From a virus (lineage: Duplodnaviria; Caudoviricetes), in the IMG/VR virus record IMGVR_UViG_3300017747_003155, positions 1 to 63,337 of that record: a DNA stretch of 63,337 bases; one strand, 5' to 3'. Position 1 is the stretch's first letter. Every line of letters begins with the position of its first letter. The notes below the pieces were generated by a model. That model was not told where the DNA came from, did no database searches, and saw only the letters and a program-made list of their open reading frames with translations. The position numbers were made by a program, and so were the translations under genes. Positions 35,864 through 45,117 of the stretch are shown here, piece by piece.

Positions 35864-38725
35864 ATGGACATCGCACGCCTCGGGGTCGCACTCGATCCAG
35901 CACCATTCATCAAGGGCGAGAAGGAGACTCGCGCCGCCATGGACCGCCTCAAGCAAGGGGCCGGCGACATGGCGACAAAGATGGACCGCGACGGCAAAAA
36001 GGCCGCCGGTTCCTTCAACGCGATGATGAGCGCCGCCCGTACGGCCGCGAGCGGGATTCGGTCCGCCTTCGATGCAATGTCCAGCGCGGTCGGAGTGTTC
36101 TCGCCAAAGCTCGGGTTTGCCTTGCAGGCGATGCGCGGTTTCGCGGGCGCCACGGGCGCTATGGTGTCCGGCCTCAAGAACGCCGCCAACGCCGCACAGG
36201 GGGCAGGGGGAGGCTTCCGTGCGCTCGCCGCCGCCCTCGGGTCGGTAGCCGCGATCGTCGGCACGGTGACGGTTGCCATCGGGGCATTGCTCGCCGTCGT
36301 GCTGCCGCTGGTTGTGGCGTTCAAGGCGGTGGGTGCCGCGTTCAGTATCTTCTCGGACGGCCTGCGTGGAGCCGCCTCGTTCGAGACTCTGAAGATCCGG
36401 TTTGCTGGTGTGCTCGGGTCGATGGAGGCCGCCGAAACCCGGATGAAGGAACTCGCCAAGCTCGCCGCCGACACGCCGTTCGAGCTTGAGGGTATCGCGA
36501 ACGCCAGCCTGACCCTCGAATCCCTCACCGCGGGCGCCTATTCGTCGACCGCCGCCCTGACGGCAGTGGGTGACGCGGCAGCGAAGTCCGGCCAGCAGAT
36601 CGATGTGACGGCCGAACAGATCGGGCGCATCTACGCGGGCCTGAAGACCGGGGTTGGGTTCGACGATCCGCTCCGCACCCTGACCGCCAAGGGGGTGTTT
36701 GCGCCTGAGGTCTACCAGCAACTCATGGCGATGAACAAGGAGGGGGCGAAGTTCGCCGATATGTGGAAGATCATCACCGACCAACTCGATCGAGCGGGCG
36801 GGTCGATGCAGAACCTTTCCGTGTCGTTCGAGGGTCGGGTCTCGACCATGAAGGACTCATGGGACGAATTCAAGCGCACCCTCGGGGAAGCGATCCTTCC
36901 GGCCGCCACCGATGTCGTGAAACTGATGACCGAACAGATCGGTCGCCTGACCGAGTACGCGAAATCCATCCAGCCCGAGATTCAGGCGATGGCCGATCAG
37001 GCGGTGGCATTCGTCCGCGTGCTGGGGAAGGAAGGCGGACTCGAAACCGCCATGCAGGCGGCCGGTGACACGCTGGAGCGAGCCCTTGACGAAGGTTTCA
37101 CCGCGACGGCGACGAAGATCAATGCGTGGATCAAGGAGAAGTTCGGGATCGACCTGATGGGCGCGGTCGAGCAACTGTCGACGGCCAAGGTCTGGGACAC
37201 GATCGAGAACGACATCATCCCGCGAATCGGCAAGGCGTTCGTGAACGCGATGATTAACGCCATCCTCGAAGGCCTGAATGCCGTCGGGGAAGCGATCCAT
37301 GGGATGTGGGACAAGGTCACCTTCGGGATCGGTGGAGCCTATCGGCGCGGCGCGGAAAGCCTAGGGACGGCAGCGGTGGGGGCAGTCCAACAATTCAACA
37401 CCCCGGCCCTTCCGGCGAACGTCGTGGGGGATTCCGCCAGCGCGGCGGCTTTCATGGCCGACCTGCCATTCACGGCCGACGACACCGTGCCGGCGGATGG
37501 TGCCAGCGGGGCAGAACTGCTTGCCCCGTTCGAGCAACGGACATCCGAAAACACGAAGGCGCTGAACAACCTGAACAGCACGCTGGATTCGATGCTCGGC
37601 AAAGCCCCAAAAGATTCCAGCCCGGTGATGCTCCGCAACCTCGACAAAGGGATGGAAGGTCCGAGTGCGGCGTTGTTCGGCGACCAGCCGACCGCGAACC
37701 AGTCGGCCCTCGGTGCCATGATGGACGCCGAACTCGACACGATGGCTCAGGATCGCGCCAAGGACAAAGGCAGCATGTCGTTCAAGACGCCCGGCGGCGG
37801 CGCGGCTTCGACCTTCATGCCGACGAAGCGCGCTGGTCGCGTGGGTGGCGGCGGGAAATCCGAGTCGGAGAAGATGATGGATGAGGGGGCGAAGATCACT
37901 GAAGACCTTCGCAGCCCGACCGAGGAAATGGAGGCGACGATCAAGAACCTCGAAAAGCTCCGGGACGCGGGTGCGATCAGCGCCGAAACCTTTGCGCGCG
38001 GCGTGGAAAAGGCCAAGGAGGACTACAACTCCGCGGTCGAGTCGATGTCCGAAAAGGGGAAGAAGGCCGCAGAAGACCAAGGGACCGCGCTGCAAAAGCT
38101 CGCTGCCCAGTGGACGGACGTTGCCAAGCGGGTCGACGAAATGACCGTCGGGATCGCCAACTCGATCGCCAGCAACATGACCAGCGCCATCACGGGCATG
38201 ATCGACGGCACAATGACCGCCAAGGAGGCGTTCAGCAAAATGGCCGCCTCGATCGTGAACGACATCCTGAAAATGACCACCCAGATGCTTGTCCAGTACA
38301 TGCTCGGGCAGGCCATGGGATGGTTCACCGGGGGCATCGGCGGTGGCGCCGGCGGCGCGGTGGCAGCGGTCGCACACGACGGCGGTGTGGCGGGGTACTC
38401 GACCGGGGAAAGCCGGACGGTGTCGCCGAGCGTCTTCACCGGTGCCCAGCGGTACCACTCGGGCGGCATGGTCGGTCTGGCCCCGGGCGAGGTTCCGATC
38501 ATCGCCGAGAAGGGCGAAACCATCACGACCGAAGACCAAGAGAAGATGAAGGCCCGACTGCGCGGCGAGAAGACCTCGAAGCAGCAGCAGGTCGCGGTCA
38601 CGAACGTGAACGTGGTCGACGCTTCGATGATCGACGAACACATCAACAAGAACCCGGATGCGATGCTGAACGTCATCAGCCGGAACAAAACCCGCGTGAA
38701 ACAAATCCTCGGGGTGGCATCATAA
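35864..38725 (+). CDS. Tape measure protein
   Basis: 953 aa, Ala/Gly-rich helical; 'AADTPFE', 'G..ST.KD.W', 'RYHSGG...PGEVP.I...GE'. Confidence 0.92.
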   Translation: MDIARLGVALDPAPFIKGEKETRAAMDRLKQGAGDMATKMDRDGKKAAGSFNAMMSAARTAASGIRSAFDAMSSAVGVFSPKLGFALQAMRGFAGATGAMVSGLKNAANAAQGAGGGFRALAAALGSVAAIVGTVTVAIGALLAVVLPLVVAFKAVGAAFSIFSDGLRGAASFETLKIRFAGVLGSMEAAETRMKELAKLAADTPFELEGIANASLTLESLTAGAYSSTAALTAVGDAAAKSGQQIDVTAEQIGRIYAGLKTGVGFDDPLRTLTAKGVFAPEVYQQLMAMNKEGAKFADMWKIITDQLDRAGGSMQNLSVSFEGRVSTMKDSWDEFKRTLGEAILPAATDVVKLMTEQIGRLTEYAKSIQPEIQAMADQAVAFVRVLGKEGGLETAMQAAGDTLERALDEGFTATATKINAWIKEKFGIDLMGAVEQLSTAKVWDTIENDIIPRIGKAFVNAMINAILEGLNAVGEAIHGMWDKVTFGIGGAYRRGAESLGTAAVGAVQQFNTPALPANVVGDSASAAAFMADLPFTADDTVPADGASGAELLAPFEQRTSENTKALNNLNSTLDSMLGKAPKDSSPVMLRNLDKGMEGPSAALFGDQPTANQSALGAMMDAELDTMAQDRAKDKGSMSFKTPGGGAASTFMPTKRAGRVGGGGKSESEKMMDEGAKITEDLRSPTEEMEATIKNLEKLRDAGAISAETFARGVEKAKEDYNSAVESMSEKGKKAAEDQGTALQKLAAQWTDVAKRVDEMTVGIANSIASNMTSAITGMIDGTMTAKEAFSKMAASIVNDILKMTTQMLVQYMLGQAMGWFTGGIGGGAGGAVAAVAHDGGVAGYSTGESRTVSPSVFTGAQRYHSGGMVGLAPGEVPIIAEKGETITTEDQEKMKARLRGEKTSKQQQVAVTNVNVVDASMIDEHINKNPDAMLNVISRNKTRVKQILGVAS

Positions 38726-38729
38726 CGCC

Positions 38730-39299
38730 ATGGCAATCCCAACTACCAACACGGCCGTCACGCTCTTTTCCTCCCAGCGGCCCGCTTGGGAGAAGGGAAT
38801 CGAAATGGTGCAGGGTCACGCGACCCGGCTCTTTACGTCAAGGGCGGGGCTAGAGCAGCGGCAACAGGGGCGCTTGCGATCCCAGTGGAAACTGTCCTAC
38901 ACCTGCTACCTCGACGGTCTGGAGCGCGAAGAACGCGATCGGCGGAACCGGGCGGAATTGGTGGCCCCGGTGGTGGTGCCGTTCTGGCCCGAGGAAGCGA
39001 TCGTCTCTGCGATGCTCTCCAATAGCGTCACGATCAGCCGCACGGCCACGGACGACTGGTTTGCGATCGGTGACTACATCTACCTCACCGACGGCACCAC
39101 GGGCCAATTCCGGGTCATTTCCGGGTACGGGGTAAGCCTCCAGCAACTGACCCTTGAGGCAGTCGGATCGGAAGTCCTGTTCAGCGGCGGGGACTTGGTG
39201 TATCCGTGTCGCCTGTGCATCCGTGACGGGGGAATGGCCGAGCACATCGACGACACAGATTTTTCCCTGTCCGAAGAAGTGCGCTACCTCACCCTATGA
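38730..39299 (+). CDS. Distal tail-like protein
   Basis: First gene after the tape measure; 'SRAGLEQR', 'VPFW'. Confidence 0.6.
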   Translation: MAIPTTNTAVTLFSSQRPAWEKGIEMVQGHATRLFTSRAGLEQRQQGRLRSQWKLSYTCYLDGLEREERDRRNRAELVAPVVVPFWPEEAIVSAMLSNSVTISRTATDDWFAIGDYIYLTDGTTGQFRVISGYGVSLQQLTLEAVGSEVLFSGGDLVYPCRLCIRDGGMAEHIDDTDFSLSEEVRYLTL

Positions 39300-41074
39300 G
39301 CCTCCAGTTTGACCTGCTGACCCACGTTCCGGACTTCCTGCGTCCCCCGAACCGCACCACCAGCACCACCCATCATCGGACTGGCCTGTCGACGGCGCGG
39401 GAGACGATGGCGTTCCCGCAACGCACGCCCGACATCCTGTTCAGCTACCGCTACTCCTTCACCGAGCGATTGGCGCTCCAGCAATTCAAGGAGTTCTTCC
39501 GCGACAAGGGCGGGCGGACATGGGCGTTCTTTATCCCGTCATGGCGGCGCGACATCACCCTGATCGACCCGGTGCTGGCCGGCGAGAAGCAGATCGAGAT
39601 TTCCAGCCCGGACGAAGACTATGAGGCGCGCCACCTGACCGACACGGACCCCGAGCATTTCGGGCGGTTCCTGTTCTTCTGGAAGGACGGCGAAGACCCA
39701 TGGGCCACGGACGTCATCCGGGTGCTTCCCGGCACCGCGGACGGTCAGGAAATCCTCGACCTCGACCTCGAACTGCCGTGGGACATCGACGACCGCACCG
39801 TCATCGGGTGGTGCCACCTCGTCCGCTTCATGGACGACCAGATCCAGTGGCAGCATTGGAGTCCCGACCACGCCGAGACCGAAATCGGGTTCCGGGCGAC
39901 CCGCCGCGCGAACCAGAACACGATCACCCAGCCGATCACGCAAGTCGACCAGTACGGCCAGCTTGGATTCACGACCTGCACGCTCGCCCCGGGCGAAGTC
40001 CTGCCGGTCACGAACCGGGTTGGCTACGGGCTGGGCCCGGACACACTCCACAACACGCAGGACGACCCCTACCGGATCAACTGGGCGGTCTATACCGCGA
40101 CCGACGGCAGCGTGCGAATCCGCAAAGCGATCCCGCCCGCCAACGAGGTCATCTGGCTGCCGCAGGTTGCCGGGACCGAGTCCATCCTGTTCACCGGGGA
40201 GGAAAAGACCTCCGACCATTGGTCGCTCGCGTTCGACCAGAATGCCTACGAGGTCATCGCATACCAGTCGGACACGGACGAAATCGAATGCCGGCGGTTC
40301 TTCAACACTGAGGTGGTGACGGTCACATGGGAAGGGCGGGACCCGGCGCTGCAGTACAATGCGCTGCTCGACGCCAACCTCGAAACCGGTGAAACGGACG
40401 TCATCTGCTACTACCTGAAGAAAGACGACAATGCGCTCTACATGCGGGTGCAGCGGGATGACTTCGAAATCGAATACACGGTGGCGTTGCTGCCGTCGCG
40501 ACCGATCGCGCTGAAGCGGGCCTATTTCGAGTACGATGAGACGGAAGCCGCCGGGGTTCTGAAGGTCGAATATCTGGACGCCGGGATGCGGGTCTGCACG
40601 CTGTCCAGTGCCCAGTATGAAGATCCCCCACCGCCTCCAGTCCCGCCGTACGTGCTGATTGCCGAGGCCGATTCTGGTTCCGCAACCGGGGCGCTGGTGT
40701 CGGGCGATTACTCCTATGCGGTCATCTGGGCGGACGGTGGCGGCGAGTTCGACCCACACCCTGCTTTCGAGGACGGCGGCACCGCCACGGCGTCGCTGCA
40801 TGGTGATTATGAGTCGCTTGTCATCTATGCGGACGGGAACGACACCGACCTCGGGCCGCACGATGCCTTCGCTGATTTCGGCGACGCAACCGCGAGCATG
40901 ACGGGCGCCTATACGCTGTCGGTGGTGACGGTGGAAGACGACTTGGCAGAAACCGGGACCGCTGGTAGGGTGACGATCAGCGGCACGTACGCCGAGAACG
41001 TCATTTTCCCACCGATCACCGATGAACAAGCCGAAGTCTCCGCACAAGTCACTGGCGTCTACGAACCGGCGTGA
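39296..41074 (+). CDS. Tail tip structural protein
   Basis: N-terminal 'FFRDKGGR...FFIPSW' distal-tail-like part plus an acidic beta-rich C-terminus. Confidence 0.6.
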   Translation: MSLQFDLLTHVPDFLRPPNRTTSTTHHRTGLSTARETMAFPQRTPDILFSYRYSFTERLALQQFKEFFRDKGGRTWAFFIPSWRRDITLIDPVLAGEKQIEISSPDEDYEARHLTDTDPEHFGRFLFFWKDGEDPWATDVIRVLPGTADGQEILDLDLELPWDIDDRTVIGWCHLVRFMDDQIQWQHWSPDHAETEIGFRATRRANQNTITQPITQVDQYGQLGFTTCTLAPGEVLPVTNRVGYGLGPDTLHNTQDDPYRINWAVYTATDGSVRIRKAIPPANEVIWLPQVAGTESILFTGEEKTSDHWSLAFDQNAYEVIAYQSDTDEIECRRFFNTEVVTVTWEGRDPALQYNALLDANLETGETDVICYYLKKDDNALYMRVQRDDFEIEYTVALLPSRPIALKRAYFEYDETEAAGVLKVEYLDAGMRVCTLSSAQYEDPPPPPVPPYVLIAEADSGSATGALVSGDYSYAVIWADGGGEFDPHPAFEDGGTATASLHGDYESLVIYADGNDTDLGPHDAFADFGDATASMTGAYTLSVVTVEDDLAETGTAGRVTISGTYAENVIFPPITDEQAEVSAQVTGVYEPA

Positions 41075-42896
41075 TGCCGCCCCATTCGCGCATTGGCGGG
41101 AAACCGCCCGTGGTCGCTTCCAAGTTCAAGTGGTCGAAGCGGCCACCGGCCGGGTGGTCGAATCCCGCCCATGGCAGTCGAACCTGATCCTCGATTCCGG
41201 CCTCGACCGGATCGCCACCGAAGGGTGGGCATCCCAGTTGGCATACGGGGTGGCCGGCACCGGGAACACGCCCACCAAGGATCTTCCGGACGATCCCGCC
41301 GACACCTATTCCTGCGCCGGCACCACGGTGACCCGCGTGACCGGCACGCGAGATTTCGTCGCCGGGGATGTCGGCAAATTGATTCGATGGACCAGCGGGG
41401 AAGAAGCCTACATCACCGCCTACACCAGCGCCACTGTCGTGACGGTTGGGACCAGTGCGACGATCGCGGCCAGCCCGATTGACGCCCTGTATCGTGTCGC
41501 CCAGACCGGCCTGACGACCGAAGTCCAACGATCGACGAATGAACCGACCTTCATCGACGAGGACGACGGCTATGCGTCTGTCAGCACCCGTTACGACAAA
41601 GCGGCCGGCACCATAACCTTCCGGACCACCAAGGACTTCACCGAAGAAGTCGCCCCGGTGAACTATACCGAAGTCGGAATGGCGAGCCTCGCGACGGTCG
41701 CGAGCAACCTGTTCAGCCGGATGCTGCTCAGCGGCGCGGTGACGGTCGGGATCGGGCAGTTGCTGCGACTGAAGTACGAACTGACGGTCTCGGTCGCTGG
41801 CCACGCACCGTCGACCCAAACGACGGTGGACGGCGGAATCAGCGGGTGGCCGCTCCCCTACAACATCGTCTCGATCGTCTCGAACGGCACCTACTGGGAC
41901 GTCACCCTGAACGAAAGCCACCACTTCGTGGCCGGCGGGAAATTCAACATCAACGGGGCAAAGCGCCCGCGCGCGGATGTCACGGCGGCGAGCTCGACCG
42001 TAAGCGACTTCACCATCACGGCGGCCGGTCACGGTCTGACAGCGGGCCAGACGGTCGTGATCGAAGGGATGACCCCCAGCGGGTACAATGGGAGCTTCAC
42101 CGTCGACTCGGTGTCCGGCGACGACTTCACCGTCCTGTCGGTTCTGAACCCCGGCGTCGGGACTGTTTTCGGGAATGTCCGGCAGGCGGAACCGACACCG
42201 TGGTATGACGGCGAGTACACGATTGCCAGCATCCCGAGCGCGGCCGTGGTTCGGATCACGAACGCCACCAGCATCGCGCCGGCCGGCGAGGATGGGACCG
42301 CCTACAACAATACGCGGCGGAAATGGGTGGCAACCAACTTCGGCCTCGGTTCCCACGTTGCGGGAGGAGGTACGGGCAACTTCACCGCCAATGCATATAT
42401 CGCGTGCTGTGGCAGTGGGTATAACGCCAACGGCCCGGCCTACAATTTTGCTGGCATCTACGACGGGCGGAACGACACCGACGCGGCTTGTCTGGTCCCG
42501 ACGAGCGAGCCGGCCATCCTGCCAAACGACTTTCCGCAATACTACGGGCGGGCATCGGCCGGCACCTTGACCGCCACCAACGAAAACGGAATCACTCAAA
42601 GCCCGGCCGTCACGAACTGGATCAACACTTCCACTATTAAGATCAACGCCCAGTCGGCATACACGAACGGCACCTTTTACCGGGACACCGCCTACACCTT
42701 CAGCGCCGGGGAAATCAACCGGAGCGACATCAAGACGTTCTTCTTCGGACGCGGCACCGGGTGGTCGCCGTCCGGCTATGTGGCGATCCAAGGCTACATC
42801 CTCTTTGAAGAACCCCAGCGGAAGAAAAACACCTACAAGCTCACGCTGACCTTCCGCCGCAGTTGGGGCCGTGACCTGACCATCATCCCGAACTGA
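41022..42896 (+). CDS. Tail tip / fibre-associated structural protein
   Basis: 'NLILDSGLD', 'VAGTGNTP', nested FCCH-like beta modules ('AAGHGLTAGQTVVIEG...YNGSFTV'). Confidence 0.65.
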   Translation: MNKPKSPHKSLASTNRRDAAPFAHWRETARGRFQVQVVEAATGRVVESRPWQSNLILDSGLDRIATEGWASQLAYGVAGTGNTPTKDLPDDPADTYSCAGTTVTRVTGTRDFVAGDVGKLIRWTSGEEAYITAYTSATVVTVGTSATIAASPIDALYRVAQTGLTTEVQRSTNEPTFIDEDDGYASVSTRYDKAAGTITFRTTKDFTEEVAPVNYTEVGMASLATVASNLFSRMLLSGAVTVGIGQLLRLKYELTVSVAGHAPSTQTTVDGGISGWPLPYNIVSIVSNGTYWDVTLNESHHFVAGGKFNINGAKRPRADVTAASSTVSDFTITAAGHGLTAGQTVVIEGMTPSGYNGSFTVDSVSGDDFTVLSVLNPGVGTVFGNVRQAEPTPWYDGEYTIASIPSAAVVRITNATSIAPAGEDGTAYNNTRRKWVATNFGLGSHVAGGGTGNFTANAYIACCGSGYNANGPAYNFAGIYDGRNDTDAACLVPTSEPAILPNDFPQYYGRASAGTLTATNENGITQSPAVTNWINTSTIKINAQSAYTNGTFYRDTAYTFSAGEINRSDIKTFFFGRGTGWSPSGYVAIQGYILFEEPQRKKNTYKLTLTFRRSWGRDLTIIPN

Positions 42897-43789
42897 TGCC
42901 CGTCCAGACCAATACCTTCATGGCAGAGGAACAGGCGCCCGACCTGAGCGCCGCCTACTGCTACATCATCGGTACGCCGGACGGGGTCGGGCTGTTCCTG
43001 ACCACATGGGATGTCCCGGTCACGATCGCGAATCTGCCGGCCTACCTCGGGGCCGCCGACCCGCAGGTCTTCACCCCGTCCCAGATCCGCAACGGCCCAA
43101 TCGTCATCAACGATCGGTTCGAGCAACGCGCCACCGCCCTCACGTTGTCGGCCGAGGACGACAAGCTCCGGCGGTACTTCACGACCGCCGCGCCGGCGCG
43201 CCTGATGGCGACGATCCTTCGCATCGTGGGTGCAAACCTGCGTACCGACCAGTTGCTCGACTTCGATCGCCATTGCCTGATCGCTGAACGCGGGATCATC
43301 TCCAGCTTCACCTTCCGAGGCATGGAAATCGGTGCCGCCGTGACCCCGGAAGCCTTCCATGAGGATCGCGCCGTGCCGCGCTATTACTGCCAGCGGCGAT
43401 GCAACCATACGCTCTACGGGACCGGGTGTGGGCTCGACAAGGACGACTTCAAGTGGGAGACGGACATCGTCTCGATCGACGCCGCCCAGAAGGAAATCGT
43501 GGTGACCGGCCAAGCGCCCGGAGTGCCCGAGACCCGGTTCAATGCCGGCCACCTGTACCACGACGACACTGGGTTCTTCTTCACGATTTCGTGGAGCGCC
43601 TACGATGGCGCCAACACGAAGCTCAAGCTCATCACATGGCACCCGGACCTCGAAGTCGGCGACACCCTGACGGCCTACTACGGATGCGCCCACACGACGA
43701 CCGATTGCGCCCTGTTCGCGAATTCCGCTAACTTCGGCGGGTTCCCATACGTTCCCGCCTCCAACCCAACCCTCAATGGCGTGTCATGA
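42896..43789 (+). CDS. Tail hub protein (DUF2163 / BR0599 C-terminal, Fe-S Cys motif)
   Basis: 'CQRRCNHTLYGTGCGL', 'YGCAHTTTDC..F.N..NFGGFPYVP..NP'. Confidence 0.9.
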   Translation: MPVQTNTFMAEEQAPDLSAAYCYIIGTPDGVGLFLTTWDVPVTIANLPAYLGAADPQVFTPSQIRNGPIVINDRFEQRATALTLSAEDDKLRRYFTTAAPARLMATILRIVGANLRTDQLLDFDRHCLIAERGIISSFTFRGMEIGAAVTPEAFHEDRAVPRYYCQRRCNHTLYGTGCGLDKDDFKWETDIVSIDAAQKEIVVTGQAPGVPETRFNAGHLYHDDTGFFFTISWSAYDGANTKLKLITWHPDLEVGDTLTAYYGCAHTTTDCALFANSANFGGFPYVPASNPTLNGVS

Positions 43790-44124
43790 TCCGACTCAAG
43801 ACCGGGGTGCCGGCCTACCGCGAACCGAACTGGCCACACTCCACCGAGTCGTGGCTTTTCTGTGAGGATCCCTCTGAACTCGACGAACTGCTCGAACTGG
43901 GGGAGACGCTTGGCTACACCGATTGGCGCGCATCGCATTGCCCGCCGCACTGGCGAATCACGGACGCGGAAGCGAACTTGCTCTGCATCACTCAGGTGGA
44001 CAGTCTCACGATGACGATCCACTGTCGGACATGGCGACGCCACCTGAACTCGACGGTCACGCTCCCGAAGCCGAAATCCCACAAGAAGGGAGAGGGGAAG
44101 TCTGGACGCCCAGCCGGCGCGTGA
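43786..44124 (+). CDS. Hypothetical protein inserted in the tail operon
   Basis: Coupled on both sides (ATGA / GTGA); weak DUF4031-like pattern. Confidence 0.5.
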   Translation: MIRLKTGVPAYREPNWPHSTESWLFCEDPSELDELLELGETLGYTDWRASHCPPHWRITDAEANLLCITQVDSLTMTIHCRTWRRHLNSTVTLPKPKSHKKGEGKSGRPAGA

Positions 44125-44609
44125 CGGCGCTCGCGTTGGCGGAAATGTATCGGGGCACGGTGCACCGAAATCGGATGCGGCTGGCCGGCGAAGGCGTCGA
44201 CTGCATCAACTTCGTGATGGCGATCCTCGAAGGGTCGGGCGTTCTGCCGAGAACCCCGCTGCCGTTCTACGACGAACGCCTCGGGAGCTTCCGCGCCCGC
44301 AACGTGATGGAAGACCTGTTCCTGCGCTTCTTCCACGCCGAGGCGCATGAACCCGAATGGAACAACGGGTGCCCGGAATTCGGCGATGTGGTCATCTGCA
44401 AGTGCGGTCGCCAGTCGAACCATGTCGGGATCATCCTCGACGGGTGGTTCTGGCACGTTCCCTCCAAGGGGTTCTGTTCGCCCGAGCCATGGCCGTTCTG
44501 GCAATTCCGGGCCCAGAGGCTTGTGCGCTTCACCCAGATCGGTCGCCGCGAAGATCCGGCTGGTCTCCGGTGGCGTGACATCAAAGGATTGGCAGACCGG
44601 CCCGCCTGA
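44121..44609 (+). CDS. NlpC/P60-family tail assembly peptidase
   Basis: 'GT.H......GEGVDC..FV', 'GDVV', 'HVGI'; GTG start overlaps the upstream stop. Confidence 0.85.
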   Translation: MTALALAEMYRGTVHRNRMRLAGEGVDCINFVMAILEGSGVLPRTPLPFYDERLGSFRARNVMEDLFLRFFHAEAHEPEWNNGCPEFGDVVICKCGRQSNHVGIILDGWFWHVPSKGFCSPEPWPFWQFRAQRLVRFTQIGRREDPAGLRWRDIKGLADRPA

Positions 44610-44646
44610 GGGATGGACAGGCCTTAATTACAGTATAAGGGTTTTG

Positions 44647-45117
44647 ATGCAAATCAGCCCCGAAACCAAATCCTTCACCCTCTACGGGGTGACATGGCGC
44701 CTCCAGAAAACCGGATACTTCACTGGAGGCAAAGCCAAAAGGTTCCACCGCGTCCACTACGAGCAAACTGTCGGACCGATCCCTCACGGGCACGACATCC
44801 ACCACCGGGACGGCGACAAGCTGAACAACGACCCGAGCAACCTTCAGCCCGTCACCCCACAGGAACACCGGGCGCTTCACCACGACCACAACATGCGGGC
44901 AATCTCGAAAGCCATCGAAGTCGTGCGGGCGACATGCAACCTGCCGGAAAAAAAGGAGGCGTTCCGCGGTCGAATCCTGACCATGTGGAAAAACCGGGCG
45001 GAAAGGGAAATTCGGTGCATTGTGTGTGGAACGGTGAAGACCACCATCTGCATGAAACCTGTGATGTATTGCAGCACCCGCTGCAAACAACGCGCTAAAC
45101 ACTTGAAAACCAAATGA
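44647..45117 (+). CDS. Free-standing HNH homing endonuclease
   Basis: 'HRVHYE...GPIP.GHDIHHRDGDKLNN.PSNL...EH...H' plus a C-terminal Zn ribbon (CIVC...YCS..C); AT-richer leader. Confidence 0.9.
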   Translation: MQISPETKSFTLYGVTWRLQKTGYFTGGKAKRFHRVHYEQTVGPIPHGHDIHHRDGDKLNNDPSNLQPVTPQEHRALHHDHNMRAISKAIEVVRATCNLPEKKEAFRGRILTMWKNRAEREIRCIVCGTVKTTICMKPVMYCSTRCKQRAKHLKTK

